Below the pieces are notes generated by a model. The model saw nothing but the letters and a program-made list of their open reading frames with translations, was not told where the DNA came from and did not search any database. From assembly GCA_902384585.1 (NCBI GenBank), contig CABMCJ010000004.1, forward strand, positions 770,086-834,085: 64,000 nt of DNA. The letters run 5' to 3'. Below are positions 44,225 to 52,849 of the stretch, piece after piece. Source of the DNA: Candidatus Anstonella stagnisolia. Lineage in GTDB: Archaea; Micrarchaeota; Micrarchaeia; Anstonellales; Anstonellaceae. Every line of letters begins with the position of its first letter. Position 1 is the stretch's first letter. A program made the position numbers and the translations under genes.

Positions 44225-44551
44225 TCAGCAGTGGATGGAGCTGCCCCCATTCATTACTTGCAAAACCTGCGGTGCAATGGTTGCAATCAATATGCCCACA
44301 ATCGCCCCCGTAAGGCACGAAGTAGCCCATACGTTCGCCCTTGCCCTTGTTTCCGCGCCCATCATCTGCCCTGCCGCATATATGACGGACGCAAGAAGCA
44401 CCATAAGCATTGCAGCAACCGGCACAAGCCCGTTCACCGCAGCGCATAATCCGCTCAGTGCCGAAGAGAGTGCGGAAGTCTGCGCATAGGAAATTCCTGC
44501 AAAAAGGACGCCCAATACAAATATGGCATGCAATAGTTGCCTGTTTTTCAT
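44225..44551 (-). CDS. Small secreted two-helix membrane protein with VirB2/TrbC-like (conjugative-pilin-like) layout
   Basis: Start moved to ATG 44551 with an AAGGTG RBS 7 nt upstream. The Sec signal is MKNRQLLHAIFVLGVLFAGISYA|QTS. Helix 1 is LVPVAAMLMVLLASVIYAAG, the charged loop is AETRARANVW, and helix 2 is LTGAIVGILIATIAP. The C-terminus is Gly-rich. Confidence 0.5.
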   Translation of the reverse strand: MKNRQLLHAIFVLGVLFAGISYAQTSALSSALSGLCAAVNGLVPVAAMLMVLLASVIYAAGQMMGAETRARANVWATSCLTGAIVGILIATIAPQVLQVMNGGSSIHC

Positions 44552-44594
44552 GTTCTTGCACCTTGTTTCCTTTCTGGACAAAAGATTATTTAAA

Positions 44595-44996
44595 TCATTG
44601 TCCGCCCTTCCAAACCGCAACGCGCACCCGCGCAAACCCGTTTTTCAGGACAACAATCCGCCCAACGGAATAAACGTCACCCTCTTCCCGCCCGCCCCCA
44701 ATCCCATCTGCGCAGGAAAACGCGTTTTTTCCATCCATTGAAATCCCAACGCATTTTCCTGAAAGCTCCGCAATTCCATGCAAATCATTTTCAAAAGAGC
44801 CAGCCGTCCCATGCTCTCCTTTAACCCAATTTGCAAACCCATCAAGCGCCCCCTTTTTCGCAAGCACGCTTGCGGCATCCTGCGCAAGCCGCTGCCCATA
44901 AACTGCATCCCCTGCGCACTGCGCCTCCGGTTGTGCCAGCATCGCAATCACTATAAGGAGCGCAAGCAGGGAAAACAGAGCCTCAAACGTCATCAT
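44595..44996 (-). CDS. Pilin-like protein (short N-terminal hydrophobic helix, then a globular domain)
   Basis: An AGGTGA RBS lies 8 nt upstream. The N-terminus is MMTFEALFSLLALLIVIAMLA. Confidence 0.5.
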   Translation of the reverse strand: MMTFEALFSLLALLIVIAMLAQPEAQCAGDAVYGQRLAQDAASVLAKKGALDGFANWVKGEHGTAGSFENDLHGIAELSGKCVGISMDGKNAFSCADGIGGGREEGDVYSVGRIVVLKNGFARVRVAVWKGGQ

Positions 44997-45074
44997 CCCA
45001 GCTCACCTTGAAAAAGCGCCCCGCGCCCCAAGCTTAACTCGTTTGCCGCGCTTTGCAGCCCGCTCACTGTACGC

Positions 45075-45494
45075 TCAAACACTCCCATAGCCGCACACCC
45101 GAACCGCGCAAATTTCCGCATCGCAAAGCGCAATCCTTTTCACGCAAAAATAGTTTCCAGCCCCGCTGCTTTCCGCACCCCTTTTAATTTCAATTTCCCG
45201 CTCATCTGCATAAGAAACAAAAACATCAAACCCTCTGCCCTGCCCGCCAATCCTCCCCAAATCCACCTCATGCTGCAAATAATACCCTCCCCCATCCGCA
45301 TTCTTCTTTGATGCCGTGCCACCCTCTTTCACAAACCAATCCGCATAAGAGTGCAGCAAATTCTTTTGCGCGCAGGCGGCTGAAATTTCCATCTTATCCC
45401 TCCCTGCTTTTTCAAGCGCCCCAAATCCGCTTGCAGCAACAAGCATGAGCACAAGGAACGCCCCAGCCAAATCAACAAACATTTGTGCTTTCAT
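45075..45494 (-). CDS. Pilin-like protein with a class-III-type signal
   Basis: The N-terminus is MKA|QMFVDLAGAFLVLMLVAASG, with Q at +1 and an acidic residue at +5. The ATG directly follows the stop of the upstream frame. Confidence 0.5.
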   Translation of the reverse strand: MKAQMFVDLAGAFLVLMLVAASGFGALEKAGRDKMEISAACAQKNLLHSYADWFVKEGGTASKKNADGGGYYLQHEVDLGRIGGQGRGFDVFVSYADEREIEIKRGAESSGAGNYFCVKRIALCDAEICAVRVCGYGSV

Positions 45495-45624
45495 TTATTG
45501 CCCGCCCGCGCCAAAAACATCCGCGCCCGCCATTTTTTTCCATACCTGCGCCCGCCGCCAATGCAAAACTACGACCCCCTCAGCCTGCTTTTTGCAAGCT
45601 GCCAAATCCTCCGCGCCCAGCCCA

Positions 45625-46044
45625 TCATGCGCCCTCCAGCCCGCTTTTTTCAATCTGCCGCACGTTTGCATCCGAATAAGCCCGCACAACCCCGCGCACG
45701 CTTGCATTGTTTTTCACGGATGCGATTACTTCCCCGTTTGCCCTCCATTCTTCCCATTGCAATTGCACGCGCGCCCCCCTTCCGCTGCCTGCATATTCCT
45801 GTGCAAGCAGCGCCTGCCCAGAGAGCATTTCCTTTTCGCCCCAATACTGCGCCCGTTCCCTGTCTCCCTGCCCGATTTTCCCAAGCGTTCCAAGGAAAAT
45901 CCCAACGCACACAACAAGTACAAGCACTGCAAAAAGGATTTCTAGCGAAGCCTGCCCAAGTTTCCTGCCGCCAAGCACGCGGTTCCCACTGCCCATCCGC
46001 ACGAAATTCCCATCCACTCCAATCCTCCCCATCCTCTCCCTCAA
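45625..46044 (-). CDS. Pilin-like protein with a class-III signal peptide (likely start at 45996)
   Basis: ...GGRKLG|QASLEILFAVLVLVVCVGIF has Gly at -1, Gln at +1 and Glu at +5. It overlaps the upstream gene by 4 nt. Confidence 0.55.
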   Translation of the reverse strand: MRERMGRIGVDGNFVRMGSGNRVLGGRKLGQASLEILFAVLVLVVCVGIFLGTLGKIGQGDRERAQYWGEKEMLSGQALLAQEYAGSGRGARVQLQWEEWRANGEVIASVKNNASVRGVVRAYSDANVRQIEKSGLEGA

Positions 46045-46631
46045 TATTTGATTTCAAGCCAGGGCGGGAAATACGATTCAAAATAAACCTCCCCATTTTT
46101 TTCCGCTGCCCCAAACCCAATTGCGGAAATTTCACCAGTGCCCAAAAACACATCCCCTTTCTGCAGCCGCACAACCCTTCTTGCAAAATCAACATCCACA
46201 AACCCGCCGCACCCTTCCTTTGCGCTTTTGCATTGCACGCACATTGCAGTTGCAGGATTCCCGCGCAGCGCAATCCCTTCAAGCTCATCCCCGCTTGTTT
46301 TGCCGCACCACAGGGCAATGTCCCAATCCCTATCTCCCTCAAGGTATAGCGCAAGCGTGGAAATCCTCTCCCCAATTTTCTCCCTCATGTATTCCGAAAG
46401 CCCTTTTTTGCAGTTCCCTTCCGCTGCGCATTTTGCAAATTCCGCTTCAGCTTCCGCCGCCCCCTGCCTCACGCCCTCCCCAATCGCCCGCTTCACATCC
46501 ATCTCAAAATAGTATTTTTTTTCAAGCTTTTGCACCTGCGCCGCGCTATCCTCCGTTTTCGCAGCGCCATAAATAGAAAAAACAGCAAGCACGAATGCAG
46601 CAGCCAAAACAAAAGTTATAAAGCCCCTCAC
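46041..46631 (-). CDS. Pilin-like protein, first gene of the operon
   Basis: The N-terminus is MRG|FITFVLAAAFVLAVFSIYG, followed by a 170-aa Cys-containing globular part. Confidence 0.5.
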   Translation of the reverse strand: MRGFITFVLAAAFVLAVFSIYGAAKTEDSAAQVQKLEKKYYFEMDVKRAIGEGVRQGAAEAEAEFAKCAAEGNCKKGLSEYMREKIGERISTLALYLEGDRDWDIALWCGKTSGDELEGIALRGNPATAMCVQCKSAKEGCGGFVDVDFARRVVRLQKGDVFLGTGEISAIGFGAAEKNGEVYFESYFPPWLEIKY

Positions 46632-46646
46632 GGGATATACTTACCT

Positions 46647-48143
46647 ATGAAGATAAAAAATATTCCCTCCACAGCGCAGTGGCTCATCATAATCCTCCTG
46701 CTCTACTTCCTGCTTCGCCTTCCTTTCATAACTACGCTGCCGCTTCTCAAGGACGAAAACCTCTATTCCCTCATGGCTGATGAAATGCTCTCAAGCCCCG
46801 GGCTGCTTCCAACAATGTTCGGGCAGCAGCTTGCATGGCGCCCCGCCCTCCCCTTTTACATCCTCGCCCCAGCCTCCTCGCTGCTGCTCAACCTCCCTCT
46901 CCCTGTAGAATTCGCATACCGCTTCCCCTCAGTGCTCTTTGGCGCAGCCTGCGTGCTCCTGCTTTTCCAATTCGTGCGCGAGCTTTACGGAAACGAAGAG
47001 CTTGCCCTAATTTCTGCGGCAATCTTCGCATTCAACCCCCTTGTGATTTACGTGAACAACACTGTGCTTGTGGATTCCCTGCTGCTTTTCTTCATGCTTC
47101 TCTCGCTCCTTTGTTACGTGCGCGGCATTAAAAAAGAAAAATATTTCCTTGCAGCAGCCGCATTCGCGTTCCTCGCCTTCATGGTAAAAACAGTGGTTGC
47201 GCTCATAATCCCCTTCCTTGCAATCGCGCTGCTCTTTTTCCACTCCAGGAAAAGCCTTTCAAACAAATATTTCCTGCTTTCCCTTCTCGCAATCCCCCTC
47301 GCACTGGGCGTTTATTGCCTTATGTTCCCTGACAAGCAAATGCTGTTTGACGAGCTTTCAAAAAACGTGACCCAGAAGCTCCCTTCAGTCGCCGCGGATT
47401 CCCAGCTTCTCACGCTGCTAAACCGCTTCTGGGGCTCCTTGTGGATTTTCCTTGCGTTCTGCATCGTGTGGCTGGGCTTTTATGCAAGCGGCATTTTCCT
47501 CTACTGGCGAAAGTACCCCTTCCTTGTTTTCTGGTGCCTCTTCATTGCGTTTGCAATTTCCGGAGGCGCCGGAATGCCCTGGTACTACCTGCCCATTATG
47601 CCTGCACTTAGCGTTTTTGCAGCCCTGCCCATTCTCGCAGGCCAGCGCGCAGACAAATTCACCTTCGTCGCAATCTCCTCCCTTCTTCTTGTTTCCGCAG
47701 GCCTTTCAGCGTATTTCTACGTGCAAAACACGTTCGGCTTTTCCACAATGCACGAAAAAAACGCAGGCATATACCTGCAGGGAAAAAACAACACGCTCCT
47801 GATAGGCAGCTACCCCGCGGGCATCCTGTTTTACAAAACGCACTTTGAAAATCCGCGTACAACTTTCTGCTGGGTGAACATGTTCGCGCCCCAAAACGCA
47901 AGCGAGGAAATGGTCCGCAGCTACGTTTACAACTATTCCGGTTTCTCCCCGCCAACAAGCTACTCTCGCCTCACGGATTTCTTCTGGGAACAGCGCGATT
48001 TCAAGCTGCCTTGCAATGCGCCCGTAAAATTCGATTACATCGCATCCGTTGGCATCAACCGCAGCATCCTAAGGTCGCTTCCCGATTACAAATTTTCCTC
48101 TGCCTTCGGCTCCAACATCACGGTTTACGAAAGGATAAAGTAG
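46647..48143 (+). CDS. GT-C fold glycosyltransferase (ArnT/PMT, GT39/83-like), polytopic
   Basis: Start moved to ATG 46647. It has about 11 TM helices and an early loop with DENLYSL, as in the dolichyl/undecaprenyl-phosphate-sugar transferases. It is divergent from the pilin-like operon. Confidence 0.7.
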   Translation: MKIKNIPSTAQWLIIILLLYFLLRLPFITTLPLLKDENLYSLMADEMLSSPGLLPTMFGQQLAWRPALPFYILAPASSLLLNLPLPVEFAYRFPSVLFGAACVLLLFQFVRELYGNEELALISAAIFAFNPLVIYVNNTVLVDSLLLFFMLLSLLCYVRGIKKEKYFLAAAAFAFLAFMVKTVVALIIPFLAIALLFFHSRKSLSNKYFLLSLLAIPLALGVYCLMFPDKQMLFDELSKNVTQKLPSVAADSQLLTLLNRFWGSLWIFLAFCIVWLGFYASGIFLYWRKYPFLVFWCLFIAFAISGGAGMPWYYLPIMPALSVFAALPILAGQRADKFTFVAISSLLLVSAGLSAYFYVQNTFGFSTMHEKNAGIYLQGKNNTLLIGSYPAGILFYKTHFENPRTTFCWVNMFAPQNASEEMVRSYVYNYSGFSPPTSYSRLTDFFWEQRDFKLPCNAPVKFDYIASVGINRSILRSLPDYKFSSAFGSNITVYERIK

Positions 48144-48146
48144 CGC

Positions 48147-48536
48147 CTATTTCTTTGCAACCTCGATTCTTGGAGGTATCATGGGCGGGGAAAGGTTGAC
48201 TGCCCTCACAACGAGCGTGCCGTTTGCGCCGCACGCATAGTTCACGTTGTTAAGCACCGCCTCTGCAAACAGGTCCGGCAGCTTCTTTTCTTTTTTCCAC
48301 CTGTCCTCAATTTCCTTCAGGAGCTTGTGGTCTTCCTTTGCCGTAAGCTCGCCCTGTATCGTGAGCTCCCCAACGCCTTCCTGGTAGTCCGCGGTATAAG
48401 TGTATTTTATCGTGGCTTCCCCGCCGCTTACGCTTACCTCGTCAAGCGCGATGTTTATCCCAAGCCCCTTTATCTCGCCATCTTTCATCCTTTTTGCTTC
48501 CACGCGGCTTATTTTCATGTTCGTTATCATATTCAC
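48147..48536 (-). CDS. Hypothetical conserved-looking protein
   Basis: 129-aa ORF predicted to be beta-rich. No motif recognised. Confidence 0.5.
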   Translation of the reverse strand: MNMITNMKISRVEAKRMKDGEIKGLGINIALDEVSVSGGEATIKYTYTADYQEGVGELTIQGELTAKEDHKLLKEIEDRWKKEKKLPDLFAEAVLNNVNYACGANGTLVVRAVNLSPPMIPPRIEVAKK

Positions 48537-48564
48537 TACCTCGCTTTTTTCCTGTGTTTTAACT

Positions 48565-49227
48565 TTACATCTTTATGCCCTCTCCGGGCTTCAGTATCAC
48601 GCCGCGCACATTCCCCAAGTCGGAAACAAATTCCTGCGGGTCCTGCTCAATCCTGTCATAAGTGTTGTAATACATTGGAACCGCGATTTTCGGGCGCATT
48701 TCCTTGCATATTGTAGCGGCAGCAAACGGGTCCATGGTGTGCCCGCCGCCAATCGGAAGCAGCGCAACGTCCGCCTTTATCTGCGCCATGTCAGTGTAAC
48801 TGTACGTGACGCCTGCGTGGTACACGCCCACGCCGCCGCCCCGCACAAGGTACCCTACAGGATACTCGCTTTGCGGGTTGAGCGCCTTCACTACCTCAAC
48901 GTCCAGCCCTTTTATTGAGAACTTGTCGCCTGTTCTGACGTCCACCTTGAGCCTGTCTGAAATGTCCAGCTTTGCCAGGGACGGCTTTGGCGCAACAACC
49001 GACGCAAACGTCCTTTCCGCAATTTCCGCAATTGTTGAGACCTCGCAGCATGCTTCATGCGTGATGAATATGACGTCGCAGCGCTTCACAAGGTGCGGCT
49101 GCAGCGTGCTTGGTATTTTGCGCACGCTCCCCCTTATGTTCATGTTCACGCACGGGTCCACAAGCGCAATCGTGCCGCCCAGCTCCAGCTCAAAACTCGA
49201 GTGCCCATGATATTTTATTATCGCCAC
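48565..49227 (-). CDS. MBL-fold metal-dependent hydrolase (UPF0173-like), paralog of 5077..5712
   Basis: MAIIKYHGHSSFELELGG and ITHEACCE are present, with a similar C-terminal PIGGGHTMD block. Confidence 0.75.
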   Translation of the reverse strand: MAIIKYHGHSSFELELGGTIALVDPCVNMNIRGSVRKIPSTLQPHLVKRCDVIFITHEACCEVSTIAEIAERTFASVVAPKPSLAKLDISDRLKVDVRTGDKFSIKGLDVEVVKALNPQSEYPVGYLVRGGGVGVYHAGVTYSYTDMAQIKADVALLPIGGGHTMDPFAAATICKEMRPKIAVPMYYNTYDRIEQDPQEFVSDLGNVRGVILKPGEGIKM

Positions 49228-49287
49228 ACTATCCCTAAAAACTAATGCAACTACATCTTTAAATACGTATTCTTCGCACTTATCCCC

Positions 49288-50154
49288 ATGAATGAAAACG
49301 CGCGATTTTCGCAGCTTTTGCTCTGCATTTTCCTGCTTGCTGGAATAGCCGCAGCAGGCTTTGAACTCCGCTCCTTCTCAGTGAACGTGAACATAAACAA
49401 CGACGGAAGCTCGCACGTGGAGGAGCGCGCGCTCATATTCATAACGACCCCGCAGTCCCGCGAGCTCTATGAGGCAAGCCGCCTTAACAACGACCTCTCC
49501 TCCTGGCGCGAGCTTCTTGGAATAGAGGAAATCCGCCAGCACGTGAGCCGCGCAAGCGTGGAAGTTGCGCGCTTCCGCTTCCGCGCAGAGGCCCCTGAAC
49601 GCTGCAATTCAATCGCGGGCACGTGTTTTGCCTCCATAGTGTTCGACTACGATGCAATACCAGTCCAAAAGAACGATTCCTCGCGCTCGGGCATAATCAG
49701 CACGTACACCTACAAGCCGCGCACAACCCGCTATTCGCTAAACCCGCAGGCATTTTCCTTTGAGACGTCAAATGCGGGCGACATAATACTCTCAAAGCAA
49801 ACGACCCTTTCCATAGCAATCCCTCAGGATTCGCAGAAAATATTCTTCTCGCGCGACCCTGACAACCTAGCGGACAAGACCGGCAACGTGATTTTTGACA
49901 GCAAGGACAACCTGAACTACTACTACGGGTCGCTTCGCACATTCAACTGGGAAGGCCAGACCCTTTCCCAATTCGAGCTTTCCTTTGAGCGCGAGGAAAG
50001 CCTTGAAAAGGAAGTCCTGCAGTTCTTCAAGACCGCCCAAGAGCGCGTTTCCTCGCTTCTCTTTAGCAGCGAAGGGCCCGCAATACTGATAATACTCGCA
50101 GTGGCGGCAGCTTCCGTGATTTACATAAACCACATGCGCAAGCGCGTTGCCTGA
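49288..50154 (+). CDS. Membrane-anchored extracellular protein, function unknown
   Basis: The N-terminal signal/anchor is LLLCIFLLAGIAAAG and the C-terminal TM helix is PAILIILAVAAASVIYI. Confidence 0.5.
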   Translation: MNENARFSQLLLCIFLLAGIAAAGFELRSFSVNVNINNDGSSHVEERALIFITTPQSRELYEASRLNNDLSSWRELLGIEEIRQHVSRASVEVARFRFRAEAPERCNSIAGTCFASIVFDYDAIPVQKNDSSRSGIISTYTYKPRTTRYSLNPQAFSFETSNAGDIILSKQTTLSIAIPQDSQKIFFSRDPDNLADKTGNVIFDSKDNLNYYYGSLRTFNWEGQTLSQFELSFEREESLEKEVLQFFKTAQERVSSLLFSSEGPAILIILAVAAASVIYINHMRKRVA

Positions 50155-50167
50155 AAAGGTAGATAAC

Positions 50168-51628
50168 ATGCTCCACCAATACGAAAAGCTCATCCTCGCA
50201 GCACTCGCAAAGTCAAACAACAAGCTTGCGCTTCCGCAGCTTCTTGCGCAAACCTCGCTCAATGCGGATGCGGCAACAAAAGCGTCGCTTTGGCTGTGCG
50301 ACAAATCCCTTGCAAAAATGGACCGCACGCAAAAAACCACCTACTCGATTACGGACGAAGGCAAGGAATTCTCAAAGCGCGGCTTCCCTGAAATGCGCGC
50401 GCTGCTCAAGGCTGATGCAGGCGCCTCAATGTCCGACCTGAGCGAGGACGAAAAAAAGTTCGGGCTTTCCCGTGCCCTTAAGAACGGCTGGCTTGCAATA
50501 GAGGGCGTGCCAAACTCGCCCAACAAGCGGCTTTCCATTTCCCCAAAAGGAAGGCTTGCAATGCGCGACAACCTTCTCTCAAAAGCGCTCCACACAGTGC
50601 TTGCAGGCAACGAGCCTTCCCAATCCGAAATAGAGATTCTCTCAACACGCGGCATCCTTGCCCAAAAGCAGGAAAAAACCTTCACTCTTTCCCTCACGCC
50701 CGCAGGCGAGAAAACCGCCTCCTCGCCCGAAGTCGCAAACGCAGGCGCAGAAATAAACCAGCTAACCCGCGAAATGCTCCTTGACGGCTCATGGAAAGGC
50801 GCCCAGCTTCGCGAGTACGACGTGAGCGCGCCAGCGGATTCCATTTTCGGGGGGAAGCGGCACATGATAAACCGGCTTCAGCGGCGCATACGCGACATTT
50901 TCCTGCAAATGGGCTTTGAGGAAATGCAGGGGAGCATAATGGAGAGCAGCTTCTGGAATTTCGACGCGCTCTTCCAGCCGCAGGACCACCCCGCGCGCGA
51001 GCTTGCGGATACATTCTACCTGAAAGGCACTGCGCAGCTTCCAGAGGAAAAGCTCGTTTCAAAAGTAAAAGCAGCTCACGAAAAAGGCTGGAAATATGAT
51101 TGGCTTGAAAGCGAGGCGCAAAAACAGGTGCTTCGCACGCACACGACCGCTCTTAGCGCGCGTTATCTTGTGCAAGAGTGCCCCAAGGGCTCCCCTCCAA
51201 GAAAATTCTTTGCAATAGGCAAAGTTTTCCGGAACGAGGCAACTGATTTCAAGCACCTTGCAGAGTTCTACCAAGTGGAAGGCATCGTAGTTGATGAAAA
51301 TGCAAACTTTTCCCAGCTGCTCGGGCTGCTGCGCAAATTTTACGAGTCCCTGGGCTTCAAGAAAATCCGCTTCCGCCCGTCTTTCTTCCCCTACACCGAG
51401 CCCAGCCTTGAAATAGAAGTCTATTTCGAGGAGAAAAAACAGTGGTTTGAGCTTGGCGGCGCGGGCATTTTCCGCCCCGAGGTGAGCATTCCCCTTTGCG
51501 GAAGGTATCCGGTTCTCGCATGGGGGCTTTCCCTTGAGCGCCCGCTCATGCTTCTCAACAACATAAACGACATCCGCTCCTTTTACAAAAACAACGTTGG
51601 CTGGCTGCGCGGGTCAAAGTTGCGCTGA
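50168..51628 (+). CDS. pheS: Phenylalanyl-tRNA synthetase alpha subunit
   Basis: Class II motifs are HPARELADTFY, FRNEATDFKHLAEFYQVEG and GAGIFRPEV...GLSLERP. Archaeal-length N-terminal wHTH repeats. Confidence 0.9.
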   Translation: MLHQYEKLILAALAKSNNKLALPQLLAQTSLNADAATKASLWLCDKSLAKMDRTQKTTYSITDEGKEFSKRGFPEMRALLKADAGASMSDLSEDEKKFGLSRALKNGWLAIEGVPNSPNKRLSISPKGRLAMRDNLLSKALHTVLAGNEPSQSEIEILSTRGILAQKQEKTFTLSLTPAGEKTASSPEVANAGAEINQLTREMLLDGSWKGAQLREYDVSAPADSIFGGKRHMINRLQRRIRDIFLQMGFEEMQGSIMESSFWNFDALFQPQDHPARELADTFYLKGTAQLPEEKLVSKVKAAHEKGWKYDWLESEAQKQVLRTHTTALSARYLVQECPKGSPPRKFFAIGKVFRNEATDFKHLAEFYQVEGIVVDENANFSQLLGLLRKFYESLGFKKIRFRPSFFPYTEPSLEIEVYFEEKKQWFELGGAGIFRPEVSIPLCGRYPVLAWGLSLERPLMLLNNINDIRSFYKNNVGWLRGSKLR

Positions 51629-51674
51629 AGCGCCGCAAACCAAACCTTTTTTATTTCAGGATGCATAACGTTGC

Positions 51675-52496
51675 GTGGTTAGCGTAAAGTTCCGTGCGCA
51701 AAAGGCGCAGGCAGCAACAGAGTACCTAGTCCTTGTAAGTGTAGTTCTCATGATTGCGCTCGTTTGCATTGCAATACTTGTCTGGCCAACCGGCGCAACA
51801 AAAGACACAAAACAGTCGCAGGCTGACATAAAGCTCGGGCTTGGGAAAATCGCATACCCTGAACTTGCCGACGGGCTTGCTGGGTACTGGAAATTTGACG
51901 CATCTCCGGGTGTAGGCGTAAACAGCGTAGTGCCCGGAGTTGATGCAAGCCTTATAAACGGCACAACATTCAACGCAAGCGGCAGGAGCAATGGCGCGCT
52001 GCAGTTCGATGGCATTGATGATTATGCTGACAGCAACAGAGATTATAGCTGGGGCGTAAATGGCAGTTTCACAATTTCCTACTGGGTTTATCCATATAAC
52101 CCGGCTGGATCGCGCGGCATATTCGGCAAGCCCGCGCCAAACTGGGAATGGGGAACGTACATAAATGGAAACTCACCGGTCTTTTACTATTACAATACCA
52201 CAGGCTCCAATTACATAATAAATCTTCAGCCCACTACGCTTGGCACAAACGCCTGGACGCACATCGCAATAACTTATGGGGGCAACCAGGCGAATTTTTA
52301 CAAAGACGGCGTTCTTCTCCAAACCCAATCAAACATAGGCGGGACGTTCAAGGACAACTCTGCCTCAGTTATTTTTGGGAGGGACTATAACGTAGGCGGC
52401 TATTTCAGCGGCTTGCTTGATGACGTCCACTTCTACAACCGCGCCCTCTCAGCGGACGAAATAGAACTCCTTTACGAGCATCCCGGATATCCATAA
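51675..52496 (+). CDS. Type IV pilin-like protein carrying a LamG (concanavalin-A-like lectin) domain
   Basis: GTG start. The class III signal is MVSVKFRAQKA|QAATEYLVLVSVVLMIALVCIAIL, with Q at +1 and E at +5. The LamG_3 hallmarks are GALQFDG.DDY, W.HIAITYGG and LLDDVHFYNRALSADEIELLY. Confidence 0.75.
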   Translation: MVSVKFRAQKAQAATEYLVLVSVVLMIALVCIAILVWPTGATKDTKQSQADIKLGLGKIAYPELADGLAGYWKFDASPGVGVNSVVPGVDASLINGTTFNASGRSNGALQFDGIDDYADSNRDYSWGVNGSFTISYWVYPYNPAGSRGIFGKPAPNWEWGTYINGNSPVFYYYNTTGSNYIINLQPTTLGTNAWTHIAITYGGNQANFYKDGVLLQTQSNIGGTFKDNSASVIFGRDYNVGGYFSGLLDDVHFYNRALSADEIELLYEHPGYP

Positions 52497-52607
52497 CGGA
52501 TACCCCCCTACTGCGCTGAAAGTTCGTCCATCGCCGTAAAATAACAGAATTTTGTGACAACGTATTATAAACCCGTTTTTTCAAACCTCCCAAAAAGAGG
52601 TGTAAGT

Positions 52608-52844
52608 ATGTCAACTCTACGCACAATGCAACCAATAAGGAACCTGCATCCAACAGAAGGCGGCAGTACCGTGCAACCGCCAAAAACAGAAGGTATAATG
52701 AAAACAATCAGCGACCCTCGCACGCGCGCGCCAGAAAGGGACAATGAAAGATATGCAGCATTTGAAGAAAAAGGGCAGCCAAACGAAGAAGGGCAGCCAA
52801 ATACAAAAAAACCAGAAACGTACCGCTGCGACGCGCCAACCTGA
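52608..52844 (+). CDS. Small hydrophilic hypothetical protein (78 aa)
   Basis: ATG 52608 has a GAGGTG RBS 6 nt upstream. The protein is low-complexity and contains a GQPNEEGQPN repeat. Confidence 0.35.
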   Translation: MSTLRTMQPIRNLHPTEGGSTVQPPKTEGIMKTISDPRTRAPERDNERYAAFEEKGQPNEEGQPNTKKPETYRCDAPT

Positions 52845-52849
52845 TTTTT

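Noticed and set aside
45483-46349. 288-aa Pro-rich plus-strand ORF, and 45650..46375 on the minus strand in another frame.
   Set aside because: They overlap three RBS-supported pilin-like genes. Their composition (Pro/Ala/Arg runs) is typical of off-frame translation of GC-skewed DNA.
52554-52607. The upstream extension of the small ORF (track start 52554).
   Set aside because: The GAGGTG RBS sits 6 nt before the internal ATG at 52608, and the extension has no supporting signal. Even the shorter ORF is kept only at low confidence.
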